NCBI RefSeq assembly: GCF_964355755.1
Contig: NC_092676.1
Location: forward strand, 10,641,888 to 10,705,887
DNA: 64,000 nt
Reading direction: 5' to 3'
Source of the DNA: Antedon mediterranea
Lineage: Eukaryota; Animalia; Echinodermata
Positions 49,701 through 62,084 of this stretch are shown in pieces; within the stretch, counting starts at the first letter, position 1, and every line of letters begins with the position of its first letter. The notes beneath the pieces are model-generated. The model was not told where the DNA came from and did not search any database. It saw only the letters and a program-made list of their open reading frames with translations. Both the position numbers and the translations under genes were made by a program.

Positions 49701-52700
49701 TTTGTTCAATTAGGACTTTGAATCAACAAAAACTTAAAAAAGAAAAACTTAGTGAAGAGAATGTTTCCCTAAAAGACAAAACTGAGGTGTTACAAAGGTG
49801 AGATTAAAATTCAATTTATTACCATTACTTTTATAATAGCTATTTCTTAAGCTTTGATTATCATGGAAACATAATGTAATTATGGTCTCTTAATAGTAAC
49901 TTTTGTTCAATTAGGACGTTGGATCAACATAAACTTAAAGAAGAAAAACTTAGTGAACAGAATGTTTCCCTGAAAGCCAAAACTGAGGTGTTACAAAGGT
50001 GAGATTGAAAATCATATTAATAACATGAACTTGCAATGAAAAAGCTATTTCTCAAATTGTGATTATTATTAAAATGGTCTCCTACTAGTACTTTTATTTT
50101 ATAAATTACCAACTCTAAAAATAATAGAATATCTGTTAAGTACAATGGCATCTATTCAATACAATTAGAACATTTTTAATAACAATTTTTGTTTTTATTT
50201 GTTACAATTTTTTAGCATGGTTGATAAGCACAAAACTGCTGCAGAACGATTTGTTACTGAAAATAACACCCTCAAACAAGAACTTGAGAAAGTAAAATCA
50301 TCAGAAGATGAAAAAAAGTATGTGGTTTTCTTAAAATTAAATATAATTATTAAAGATGGATTTTCCCAAACAAAACAAAATGAAAAAGATTGTTAAAATC
50401 ATACTTTGAACATGCAATTTGCAGTTTTGATAAAGTTATTTCATTTTATATAAAAAGAACAACAATAATGATTTCACTTATAAAAAGACAAAATAAACAG
50501 TTTTTTATCTTTCGTGGGAATCACCCACCTTTATTGTAATTTCTTCTCAGTTAACTTTAATCAAAAACTTTCTGACAGACAATTTGACTATTTTTTTGCT
50601 TTAACCCTAGAGTTTATTCAGGTGATTCAATTTTTTTTTCATTCCAAATTTTGGTTAAATGGAATAACTACTTTCCATTACAATGAAAAATTGAAAAAAG
50701 AATTGTAAACAATTATTTTTTAGAGGACAATATATCTTTAATTTATTTTAAATATAAATATATAAATTATTCATTAGTGGGAATTGTTTTTCAAAATATT
50801 TTTCTTGTTAAATCTAATGAAATATACATTAAAAATTGTTGTATTTGATTAACATAGAAAACTGAAAAAAGTGTCTCTTATGATGGATGACCTGATTAAT
50901 GAAAACAACAAATTAAAAACTGAACTGGACTTAGCAACGAAAGAAAAAAAAAACACTGAAAATCTCTACAAGTACGTCATATATTTTTGGTTTTTTTAAA
51001 AATCATTCCTTAATTGAAATATAATCATATAAATCACAGTTTATGTTATTATTTTAGTGCCATGCTGTATTAAACTATATTTTCATTAACAACATACACT
51101 GTTGTGATAATTGTAACTTTTATTTCAACAGGACTTTGGATCAACATAGAATTAAAGAAAAAAACCTTAGTGAAGAGAACTTATCCCTGAAAGACAACAT
51201 TGAGGTGTTACAAAGGTGAGATTGGAAATCAAATAATAACTTTTATAATAGCTATTTCTTAATTTTTGATAATTATTACAATATGGAAATGGTCTATTAA
51301 TTGTGTATCCATTAAAAATGTAACTCTCTTATTAAAAAGTTATTATATCCATCATCAATGTAATGGTATAACTATTATGGTAGAAATGTTTTTATTTATG
51401 AAAATGTCAATATCATTAAACATAAATGTTAATATTTTTAATGTTAACATTAATTATAGCGACTTGGATGAATTGGTTTGGAAGCACAAAGAGTTGGAAG
51501 AATACAACCTATTTATGGAAGACATTTTTAATGAGAGAGATGCAGTCTTGTGTAGAAAAGATAGTGAAACGTAAGGAATTCTAATTCATTTATATAACTT
51601 AAACCTCAGACACATCTCTACTCTGAATTATTGGGATATTTAAAGTAGGCATTGACAAAACGTATATTTTTATAAAATGTATATATTTCTTTATAGTATC
51701 ATTGCTAAATTAGAGACAGAGAATATTCGTTTAAGTGATCAATTTCAGCGTTTGCAATCTCAATCACGAAAAGAAAGAAAAACACATGATGTATTTGGCA
51801 CCCGCAAACTAAAGTAAGTGTTAATTTTTTTTTTGTAAGGTTATTTTAAAATTTCCATCAAGTTCTAGTATCTTTATGAGGAACGTCTTACTGCTTTGAT
51901 TTTCAGAGTTGATTGCATGCTGCTTTCACATGTGAAGAATCTACATTGGTGCATTTAGTATTTCACTCAGTTGCTAAGTGATTTGTTTTCTTTTCTCAGA
52001 GCTATTCAAGACCTTGAACGTAAACTAGTTGATTTGAGATATAAGAACAAGACTCTTAAGCAACAACTTACTGATGAGAGCTTTAAGAATGACGCCTTAC
52101 AATCTACATTTGACGTGTTAGACATCCAAATCCACAATCACAGAATGAAAAGTGAGGAATTGGCGGAGGAGCTGGATAGAGCTTCAGAAGAGAATGATGA
52201 TCTTCAACAAGAGTTGGTACAAGTAAAAAAACTTTTGCAAAATGCCACCAACAACCAGCTGTAAGTAGAAATGTTGTGTTTGATAAGTATTTAGTACTCG
52301 AATTAAATGCAAATGTGAGCATTTTGTACAGTATTTATCTTAAGGCATAACTTTTTCAATTGTTTTTTAGTTTCTTCCAACCTATGGCAGTACATAACAA
52401 GAAGCTAATGGTTCAGAACGCATCTTTGCAAGACAGCCATCTGGGATTGCCTACCAACACCATTGGCATTGATCACATCACATCTGAAAATTCGCCACCA
52501 GATTTATACTCCAGCACAATGAATGCACTCAAAAGAACATCAAACAATGTTAATATTGCAACACTGAAAGTTGTTGAAAGCTTTGATGGAATCAGTAGCA
52601 ATAGTAGTGTTATTAGCAGCACAGATGACAGAAACTCCAGCTTGCCGACAACTAACCATAACATGACACCATCACATAAGGTAAGCATTACCTTTTCGGT

Positions 52701-54963
52701 TTAAGTTCTTAAGATTATGACGTTTACTAAGTTGTTTTAATGGAGTTATTCCATGTCTATCAACTAAATCATTTATAAAATTCACCCCATGATTTAAGTT
52801 CTTAGTAATGGAATGGCTATGTACATGTAGAACAATGCATACAATGTATATTAATTCTTATTTATGAAGTGTTATAGTTTAACAACTTATGTTACAGACC
52901 TATGTAAACAGACAATGGCAAGAAAATATGACATCAATGTTTGGGGAGCAAAACAAACAAATGACTTTATTTAAACAGCAAGTCATGGATGACATTGTTG
53001 ACATAAAGAGACAAGTAGCAGAGGTTTGTGCTATATGTGTGATTAGTGTTACTGTAATCTATTGTATTAATGAATACATTTCCATTCCACTCAATCACTG
53101 CCCATTAATATGACACCTTTACTGTAACATATGCAGCTACAGTAGGTCTAATGAATTATTATTTTGGAGTTTGTACTTTAAAACACTCATTCTTTGTAGA
53201 GCATTCCAACCAACAAAACTAATTATGTAGACAACAACAACACTGAAAAATCAGAAGAATTAACAATCCTAAAAAGAAAAGTGAAAACATTGAAACATCA
53301 ATTATTGGAACAGAACAAGACAAATGCAAGAAATGTAGCTTTAAGGTGTGTTTTTTAAATTATTATTTTTAAATAAGCCTACTCTTCTATGCTGCCGAAA
53401 AATAATTTACAAACATAAAAATCACAGATGTTAATTGTATGATGTTAATGTAGAATAATAACTTGAATTGCCGCCTACAAGATTTAATTGTTTGGAAATC
53501 TCCATTTCTGGGATTATTTTTCTTAATATTAAAGTTACTGTATTCTAATTACAGTACTGTTAATGTTCAAATTCAGTTTAAAACACCCATGCTATTTTTA
53601 ATCTCTAAATAGTGTACAAAAGGACGGCAAAATTGAATGTTTAACTGGAATAGTGGAAGCAATTACAGCTACGAACCAGAAGCTGATGGAAGGTAGTTTT
53701 GGCTATAAAGTCTGTAAATAAAGTAATTAAAATCACTTACTACACTTACTTCTTCAATAATTTCATTTATTTTTTAACTTGTTTGTAGAAAACAATGCCT
53801 GGAAAGCTTTAAAATATAAAAACATGATTTCTGCCGGAGACACAAAGCTTCAAAACAAAACAGAAACATCAAAGAAAATTGGAGATTCCAGCAATAGACC
53901 TACTATTTCAGATGTAAGTGTGTAACAATTGGAATATGATTACATTCAAGGGCATTAACATATTCATTATTTACATGAAAACATTAGTATTAACATTTGG
54001 AAATGCGAAATAAATGTGTATTTATTATATCTACACACACATTTTTTTTTTCTTCTCCTTTTTTTAGGAATCGGCCACAACTACCAAAACAATTGTATCA
54101 AAAGATAAAAGACTAAAGGCTCTATTTGCCCATCAAGAACAGAGAATGCACACAATCATGGAGAAGAGCATGGAAAGATCAAAGACCCAGATGGACAACT
54201 TTAGAAAGCAATTCAATGAAGTAAGAACAAAGTAAAACGACGATGATAATGATGATGATTTTATTTGAAAAGAAAATATACTTAATGCTTAACATTTTTA
54301 GATAAAACTCCTCCAATTAATTTGTGTATTTTTGTTTCTTCTAAAGATGATTTGTATTGCGAAAGTATCCAAATCTAAAGTTACAGGAAACAGTACAAAC
54401 AAGGACGACGATGACTTAACTGAGGTATGTTGAAGGAAAAATAATATTACTGTATTATAATTATGAACTCACATAAATAAAAAAGTTATTAAATTATTAT
54501 TAGTATTTCGCTCAGTTAGCTCTCTGACTTAGTTTTCCTTTAAATTGTATTTACCGTAATGATTTTTATTCTACTACTGTAACATTAACAATTTGTTACT
54601 GTTTTCTGATTTATAGGCAATGGGTGACATACCATACTGGACTACACATAGCACAGAAAATGATACAAATGACATCACAATCAGCAGCAAACCAACTCGA
54701 CAACCATCACAGTAAGTTTATGTTTACTAATTGTATACAATGAATATGCTAATAGCTAAAGGTAAAAATCTAATAAAAAAATCAAATATCTTTAACAATT
54801 TATAATGAACATAATATTACTTTTAACAACTTACAGGTTTTTAAAAACGGTTATTGTGTTATTATTATTCATTTATATGATTTTTTAATTTTTATTTTAC
54901 AGAAAAGGTCATAGCAATGAGACTGAGCACACACATACTAAAGCATTCAGAGGCTTCGTCTGA
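43723..54963 (+). CDS. Uncharacterised ~1,500-aa protein: acidic S/T/D/E-rich disordered N-half, long coiled coil, low-complexity tail (about 32 coding exons)
   Basis: Phase-compatible GT-AG exons: 43723-43753, 43968-44246, 44414-44462, 44716-44883 (acceptor uncertain), 45105-45311, 45475-45648, 45823-45987, 46094-46576, 46686-46736, 46960-47040, 47148-47183, 47313-47481, 48817-49142, 49318-49401, 49521-49604, 49714-49797, 49915-49998, 50216-50317, 50858-50971, 51132-51215, 51460-51570, 51697-51813, 52000-52260, 52371-52680, 52898-53023, 53200-53345, 53613-53692, 53789-53913, 54068-54220, 54347-54424, 54617-54711, 54903-54963 (TGA). No stop found in the assembled frame. Confidence 0.8.
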
Positions 54964-55126
54964 CTCTACTATCTCTATTATTTTAATTGAAAATTATTTA
55001 TCAGATTTATATCGTTAGTTTATATCGTACAGCAGGTGTTACATAATACACATTTTTGAAAAGAATAATTATAATTTATTATTTATATGAACTTTTGGTA
55101 TTATTTTAGTTTTTGTTAAATAATTA

Positions 55127-55345
55127 TGTTGAACCCAGATGTGAAAACGACCACAAATGTGAAAACGTATCACCCACAATGTGAAAACGACCACAAATGT
55201 GAAAACGCATCACCCACAAATGTGAAAACAACCACAAATGTGAAAACGCATCACCCACAAATGTAATAAACAGTGCCCACAAATGTGAAAACGCCCACAA
55301 ATGTAAAAAAAAAGGAGATTTTTTCGCCCACAAATGTAAAAAAAT
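55127..55345 (+). repeat. Array of CCACAAATGTGAAAA motifs starting at TGTTGAACC, probable DNA-transposon terminal region
   Basis: About 10 copies with alternating ~17 and ~23 bp spacing; partner end not seen in the window. Confidence 0.6.
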
Positions 55346-55530
55346 CAAATCAAATTTAGTGCTAGGCTCAAACAAATTTGATCGAGTTAATACATTATAT
55401 AATGATTATATTGAGTTGTTTCAATACTTGTGAGTTCACGATACGTCTGCTACAGTCGTCATTAAAGCTTTGGATTATTGCGTATTTTACGTAATAATAA
55501 CACATACGTACCTTGGCAATGATTTATAAT

Positions 55531-55612
55531 GGCTCGCGTGCAACGCGACTCTACAGCTCACTATGTCGGTCGGTCGGGTCGGTAAACACTAACTTGAGCA
55601 CGCGACTGCAGG
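55531..55612 (+). mobile_element. HINE-like element, second copy
   Basis: Matches 18231-18320 (aacgcgactctacagctcactat.tcggtcgg..cacgcgactgcag). Confidence 0.65.
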
Positions 55613-56389
55613 TATGTTAATAAATTTATATTGAGACAATTTTAACTTGTTCTTTTAACTTCTATCTGCCATGCCATCAGCTCTTTGATTTATATTTATA
55701 TACAGTATTATATTAGCAAGCTAGCTCAATTGCTTAGATTGTGGAACTGAATTCCAGGACCGCTAAAGGGATTGTCTATCAACCCATCGTCATCCGTGTC
55801 CTCAACAGTCAATTTGACAGTGATTCGCTATGATCTTTGCACAATTCTCCCTCCAATTTGGCTCAGACGTCATCAAAGTATTTTCTGGTGGTACAAGCAG
55901 CTGTAAGTTCACTCATCAGTAATCCTTGGCTACAAGTTCTTCAAGATCGAGAGTTCCTCTCCAGCAAACGGATTATTTTAACAATCCATATACTTTATCA
56001 TCAGGGTAGGCCAGCTACATTCCAACGTTTTGGCTTTATCTCGTCCCCACATCCTAATCATCCATTTTACTGCATTGAAGATTTACTAGTTTAACAATTT
56101 CATTTGCTACATACAGCGTGACACACAGAACAGGACAAGTGAATGGTGTCTGGTTCTTTTAATACATGAACAACGAGGAATAAAAACTCCCAAGCTAGAA
56201 TTATATAAAATATAAAAAGATGGATTTAGGATGAATACAGTACTATCTTGTTGCTTCTCTTCTGATTCTTGGAATGTGTAACCAATATAGAATTAGCCTC
56301 AAATCTCCTCCAAGGTCCTGTTGCCATGGCATATTTGATAAAAGGGAATTAAATCATTTGTAAAAAAAAAAAATATTCTATTGTGACCA

Positions 56390-56700
56390 AATATCACATG
56401 TCACAACAGTATACCGTAAGATTCTTCTATAATTCTTCTTCAATGTCTAATGATTCAGACATCAAGTGGTTGGGTACGAGAAATCGTGTTTTTCAGAAGA
56501 AATTCTACAAAAACATTCCCTTTAGTGATTAAGAATGGCACGGTGCATTGTCGATTAATGAAATTATATTTCTATCACCACGCTTCATTCAGATAAGTTT
56601 ATCGAGGATGTTTACAATAATTTCAGTACGCATCATCCAATATTTGTTACTGGAAAAAGTAATAAGTACCACACCGACGAGGGATATTCGGTATCTTTTA
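56390..56700 (-). pseudogene. Decayed Tigger/pogo DDE_1 transposase fragment
   Basis: SNKYWM..., MKRGDRNIISLIDNAPCH, FLLKNTISRTQPLD, LKKNYRRILRY across stops and frameshifts. Confidence 0.7.
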
Positions 56701-56924
56701 AAAACAGCTTAATTCCTGAAATAAAGACGGTAATAAGCACTTAATAAGCATTAACATTGTAATTTTGTTGTCAAAAGTCAATACGATCTTTCGGGTGACC
56801 GCTTACACGGGAGGTAGGCCTAATGATCATACAACTCTAATTGTTTTGCAGAAAATATATTATATAAATTACAGAATAGTTTTATTTTAAATATGTTAAT
56901 TATCAATTGTAGGCATTTGGATGT

Positions 56925-57285
56925 TCTAACTTTTAAACATCTTGCATCCAAAACTGATAGTGGAAAGCATTGTATCCCAACCAGATTTATTCGTTTGTGG
57001 AATAGCCTACACTACCGGTCAATATTAAAGACGCCTTTGTTTGCGGAAGTTGGGTACAATTTAAAAACATGTTAATGGACCACTTTAAAAATACTATGCC
57101 TCTTATATAATTATGGTATTAATATTACATATTTATATTGTTTTATGTTTTAATGTATGCTTTGAGTGCTGGTGTGGCACGCCTTATGGCGACAGTGGTC
57201 CTTCGACCGCTTTTGCCACTCCTTGGCACACTCAAAGTTTATGTATTGTTTTAATGTTGCTAAAATTAATAAAATAAAATAAAAT
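56925..57285 (+). mobile_element. 3' end of a CR1-group LINE
   Basis: PTRFIRLWNSL motif, GC-rich stem-loop region in the 3' UTR, and (AAAAT)n tail. Confidence 0.55.
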
Positions 57286-57681
57286 ACACAAGACTATAGC
57301 CTAGCCTATCAGGCCGAACTACTACTGCAATAGAAAGCAAGCTAAGTCTTATGTGTACATACATCGAAGTAGTTTATAAAACAGTATAACACTCACCAAA
57401 GATGCCTCTAAAATACAACTAAAAACTGAACAGCTACAGTACTACTGTAGTAGCCTATTCTAGTTAACAGCATACAATCAAGCCTCTATACAGATAGCAC
57501 TTCACACTACCAAGTACAAAAGTCTACTGCCCAAGCCAGCATACTAGGCACGCCTGTGCACAATAAAACTTTATCTATGTGTACACTAACAAATAGATAG
57601 GCTATATAAACGTGCTATTGAATGCGTGGCCGTAAAGGGAGGTCGCCGCTTACGGGAGGAATAATGCGTATACGACGTACG

Positions 57682-59970
57682 ATTTATTTCATTTCATTTC
57701 ATTTATTTCATTTATTTATTTCACTTTACAAATATTTAAATATAAAGTGGAGGAGCCTAAAAGAAAGCAAAGCTTGTGGTGAATAGGCTCCTCAAAACAA
57801 AACAAATAAAATATAAATAATATAACACAATTACAAACTCCAAAAAAACAACAATTAAACTAATATCTTTTCTCTAACACATAAGTTTAACATGTTTAAA
57901 ACTAAAAAAACAAGTAAAAAATAGATTATATAAATTATTTAAGAAATATCAAATATATCAATAATAAAAGAATTTACAAAGAACCTTCAACCAATAATAG
58001 TTTAAATTGACGTTTAAATAAAGCACGGTTATGAGATTTTTTAAGAGATAAAGGAAGAGAATTCCAGAGTTTAGGTCCAGTGTATACAAGGGTATTCATT
58101 TTAAGACTAGTTCGAGTAAATGGCAGGTGATACTGATCTTTTTGTCTTGTTTGGTGAGTGTGGTATTGTTTATTTTGAGTGAATTTACTGGATATTATAG
58201 GTGGTAAGTGTCCGGCGGTTAATTGAAACATGATGACACCAACATTAAATCTATAGAGATCCTCAATTTTTAATATTTTATTTTTTTGAAAGAAATCTTG
58301 GGTGTGAGCACGAAAAGTTACCCCGGAGATAATTCTCGTTTCTGGATGAATAAAATTTTAGTAATAATTGATTTTGAAGCATTTCCCCAAGCAAGAACAC
58401 CATAATTTAAGTACGATAAAATAAGAGTAGAATATAAAATATTTAATACTTTTTGAGGAAATATTGATTTCAATTTATACATCATGCCAACAATTATTGA
58501 TAATAATTTGCAAAGGTAATTAACATGGGCTTTCCAGTCAAGTCTGTCGTCAATAAATATACCAAGAAATTTTGTGTTGGCTATTTGATTAATAGGAACA
58601 TTGTTGAAAATAATATCTTTTGGTAACATACTATATTTGTTACTAAACAACATAAAATTGGTTTTTAGCATATTTAGGGATAGCTTGTTTGCATGTATCC
58701 AAGTAGTAACCTTTTTTAGTTCTTGATTAACGATGTCACAGAGACTATCTGGATCATCATGTGAATAAAACAGACTTGAATCATCCGCAAACAGTATTGA
58801 CGACATGACATTAGATATATTATTGAAATCATTTGCATAAATTATGAAGAGAAGTGGGCCCAGAATCGAACCCTGGGGGACACCACATGTAACAGGTCTG
58901 CAGCTTGATTCAAAATTATTTAATGATACAAATTGTTGCCTATCTGAAAAGTAACTTCTAAACCATTTTTGAGCCACCCCTCTAATTCTATAGTTTGATA
59001 ATTTATGCAGTAAGATTTCATGATTAACAGTATCGAAAGCTTTGGAGTAATCGAGGAAAATACCAATTGTATGCATAGTATGATTATCTCTAAGGCTGAT
59101 GTAATCATGTCAACGAAGTGTAAAATGGCATGTGACGTAGTGTGCTTTTCTATAAATCCAAATTGAATGTTTGAAAAAATATTACACTGGTTTAAAAAAT
59201 GTAAAGTCCGCATATATACAAGCTTAAAAGACTAAAACATTCATTTTGAAGAAATTTAAGTCTTTCCATAAATACATCAAAAGACTTGTTAGCGTCATTT
59301 TCATCTAGAACTAATTGCCAATCAGAGTTTGCCAAACGTTCTTTAAAGTGAGCCAACGATTGGGGATTAAAAGAGTAGATTGTCTTATTACAATGACAGT
59401 TACAATGTTGATTAACCGTTAGCGAGGTTTTTGCAAATATCGGAAAATGATCCGATATATCGGATACAATAATTCCCGAGACCGGGAAAGGGTGGATATT
59501 GCTAAAAATATTGTCAAGTAACGTAGATGAAGTATCAGTTACACGTTTGGTAATAAGTGGAATAAGTGAAAATGAAATTAATGTATCTAGAAATTCACTA
59601 ATGCGTGCATTTTCATCGTGATGTAGTAAATTTAAATCGCCCATAATAAACACATTTTTATTTGTTAATGCTTGATGTGAGAGAATGTTTTCAATTTCAG
59701 TGTTAGATAATGATATGTTACTTTGTGGTGTACATGACTCCAACGACAATATTTTTTATTAGGACATCTGATTTCTACAAAAATAGATTCCAATATGTCA
59801 TTCATAAATTGTAATTCAGATAATTCGAATGTACAAGGCAAGTATATTGCTACACCACCTCCACGTTGATCGCCAGGTCTACTGTTTGTTAACAAATTAT
59901 AGCCAGGGAGTGAGTAAAGGTTATGTGAAGAATCAGATAGCCAAGTCTCTGTGAGACCAACAATTGTATA
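57682..59970 (-). mobile_element. CR1/L2-group LINE ORF2 (APE endonuclease plus RT), internally deleted and frameshifted
   Basis: GLTETWL, RGGGVAIY, MGDLN, TLLDNIF, SDHFPI (endonuclease); FLDYSKAFDTVNH, GVPQGSILGPLLF, FADD, GPKLWNSLP (RT). (TGAAA/TAAA)n tail at 57682-57722. Confidence 0.92.
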
Positions 59971-59996
59971 TACAATTAAATATTAAATATTAATAT

Positions 59997-60788
59997 TTAA
60001 TTAAATATACGCATAAAGAATCAGAATATATTGTGGGGAATAGTATTATAAAATTACATAGGGAGATTTGATGATAAGACATTTTTCGAGTGAAATCCCG
60101 ATAGCTGAGTTTTATTGAGTAAGCTTGCAGGAATAACTGTAGGCTATCTTCCTGTGTCCCGTTAAGGACCGAGATGTCTGCCCATGTCTTCTTTCTTGGG
60201 CCCACTCTGTCACGGCAGTTAGTTTCAAAAGATGATTAAATTAAAAAATGTATTAATAATTATTAGGATGGTATTCATTTGAATAAATACCTCTCCAATA
60301 AAACATCACTTTGAATAATAACCCCCCCCCCCCCACCCCCAACCCAACTATCTAATAAACTTCCATCCACATATTTATAATAACACAATTATACTATTTG
60401 TAGTAGAATTCACCGCACTGTTATCTACAATTTACCAAGCATTTGTTATTCTTTTTTACCACTTTTCATATCTATTAGAGGATTTCATTTGATTATAAAT
60501 GTTACCATATTATTAAAACTAATTAATTTAACATATATCCCTCGAATAAGCACCTCCCTCAAATGACATCCGCCTCCCCCAAAGGGCCCTACCAAACAAT
60601 AAAAACTATACTTTCAAATGTTATTAATCATCTAAAACACTGTGAAACAAAGTAGTTTAGTTTTACGAATGTCAAGCATTTTCAATAATGGTAACCGACA
60701 GAAAACGTATAAGGAGAATATTATCATTCCGAGAACCATCGTCTACACTTCCTAGAGGGGGAACGAGCGAAGCGAGCTCACCCTCTAG
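59997..60788 (+). mobile_element. Helitron family A copy 2, 3' part (inverted relative to its 5' part)
   Basis: Reverse complement of 20275-20766 and 20934-21018; ends in hairpin plus CTAG|T. Confidence 0.85.
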
Positions 60789-60938
60789 TACTTTAAATTT
60801 GTCATTGATGATCTCAGTGAATCAGACTTAAAGAAAAAAAAGAGGCTTGAGAGAATGATGAACAAGGCCTATGAAGAAGGGAAGCGACCTACTTTCAGAA
60901 ATGGTAACCTCTATATCAATGGTCAGTTGTATGGCTAA
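60789..60938 (+). pseudogene. Probable LINE ORF1 C-terminal fragment
   Basis: FVIDDLSESDLKKKKRLERMMNKAYEEGKRPTFRNGNLYINGQLYG*, resembling the IxDDL...GKLYING end of ORF1 proteins of CR1/L2-group elements. Confidence 0.65.
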
Positions 60939-60990
60939 CTTTAATTGTATACATTATCCTGAGAAGTAATGATCACGGCCTATGAAAAGT

Positions 60991-61406
60991 GTCTTCCAAA
61001 GGGACACTGTATTGATTGATGGAAAGTGCCTGTTTCCAGTCACCTTTAGGGTCAAATCTATTATTTTAACTGCTCCCTTGTGTATAAAATAGAGAAAATA
61101 TTTGAAACCAGGTTGTTGCAAGGTGAACTTACTTATCTTAAACCCGGAAATTACTTTGACCGGGAAGAATTGAAATTGAGATGAAAATCTAATGTTGAAA
61201 TCATAAATTTTGTTAAAAAACTCTTTATAACATCTTCCTAAGATAGAAATATGGAACAATAGCGTCGATGTGAACACTAATGTTATCAAATCTACGTTTC
61301 GCGGTACATCTCAGATAGATAAGGTAGGTATCCAAGGCGGAGATTTGTACCGAAGTTTTTGCATTGTGCTCGCCTATGTCAGAATTAACCATAATTTATA
61401 TATAGA
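60991..61406 (-). mobile_element. Helitron family A copy 2, 5' part
   Basis: Direct match to 21142-21259 and 21910-22183; ends ATTTATATATAGA|T. Confidence 0.85.
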
Positions 61407-62084
61407 TTATCACTCTGTAGGCCTACTTTGTACGTACGTATATGTAATATTAACACGTATGTACGTATTCAATAAAACGTACGTACGTAATAATTAGTTT
61501 TAAAACTATTTTTACACCAAAAGCAAAACTCCGGAGACACTCTAGAGTTGACGCCCCGGCCCCCGGTGTGTTGGTGTGAAAGGTAAAATCAAACAATTAC
61601 TCCGGAAAAAAAACATCGAGGTTGAATGCCCTCCGGATGCATATACCAACATCAAACTTCGGAATTTTTAGGTCAAAAGGTCATCAGTCACACTTAATCA
61701 TCAGTTCAAAATATTTTTACAAAGACTGTTATCACACGTAAACTTTCTTTTCCGATATTCTTGCTTTGTGTGCAAACGATATATATTTCTTGGTATATTT
61801 TTAGTTTAAGTTGCTCAATTTACAGGGAAAAAATCGAATTCCTAACCGTTTTTTTGTTGTCAAAATCATTATTAGAGTTTAACATAATATGTGTCGGAAT
61901 TGCATGTTTTTTCATAAGTATTATCTTAAGCGAACGCAAGTTATTAAAATCACTGATGTGGCTTGAAACTATTTTTTTCTTTTGGGTTTACGGATGGAGT
62001 AACCGATATTGAACATATATACCAAGTTTGAAATATTTTTAAATTCCAGAAATATTTTTTCTCGATGTTTTTGTATGTGACTAT

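Noticed and set aside
55127-55345. CRISPR-like array or coding repeat (ORF 55124-55375)
   Set aside because: Spacers are only a few bp and themselves repeated; the ORF is a by-product of the array.
55730-56200. Coding-like GC-richer stretch on the minus strand
   Set aside because: Multiple stops in all frames and no motif I can assign; probably decayed transposon sequence.
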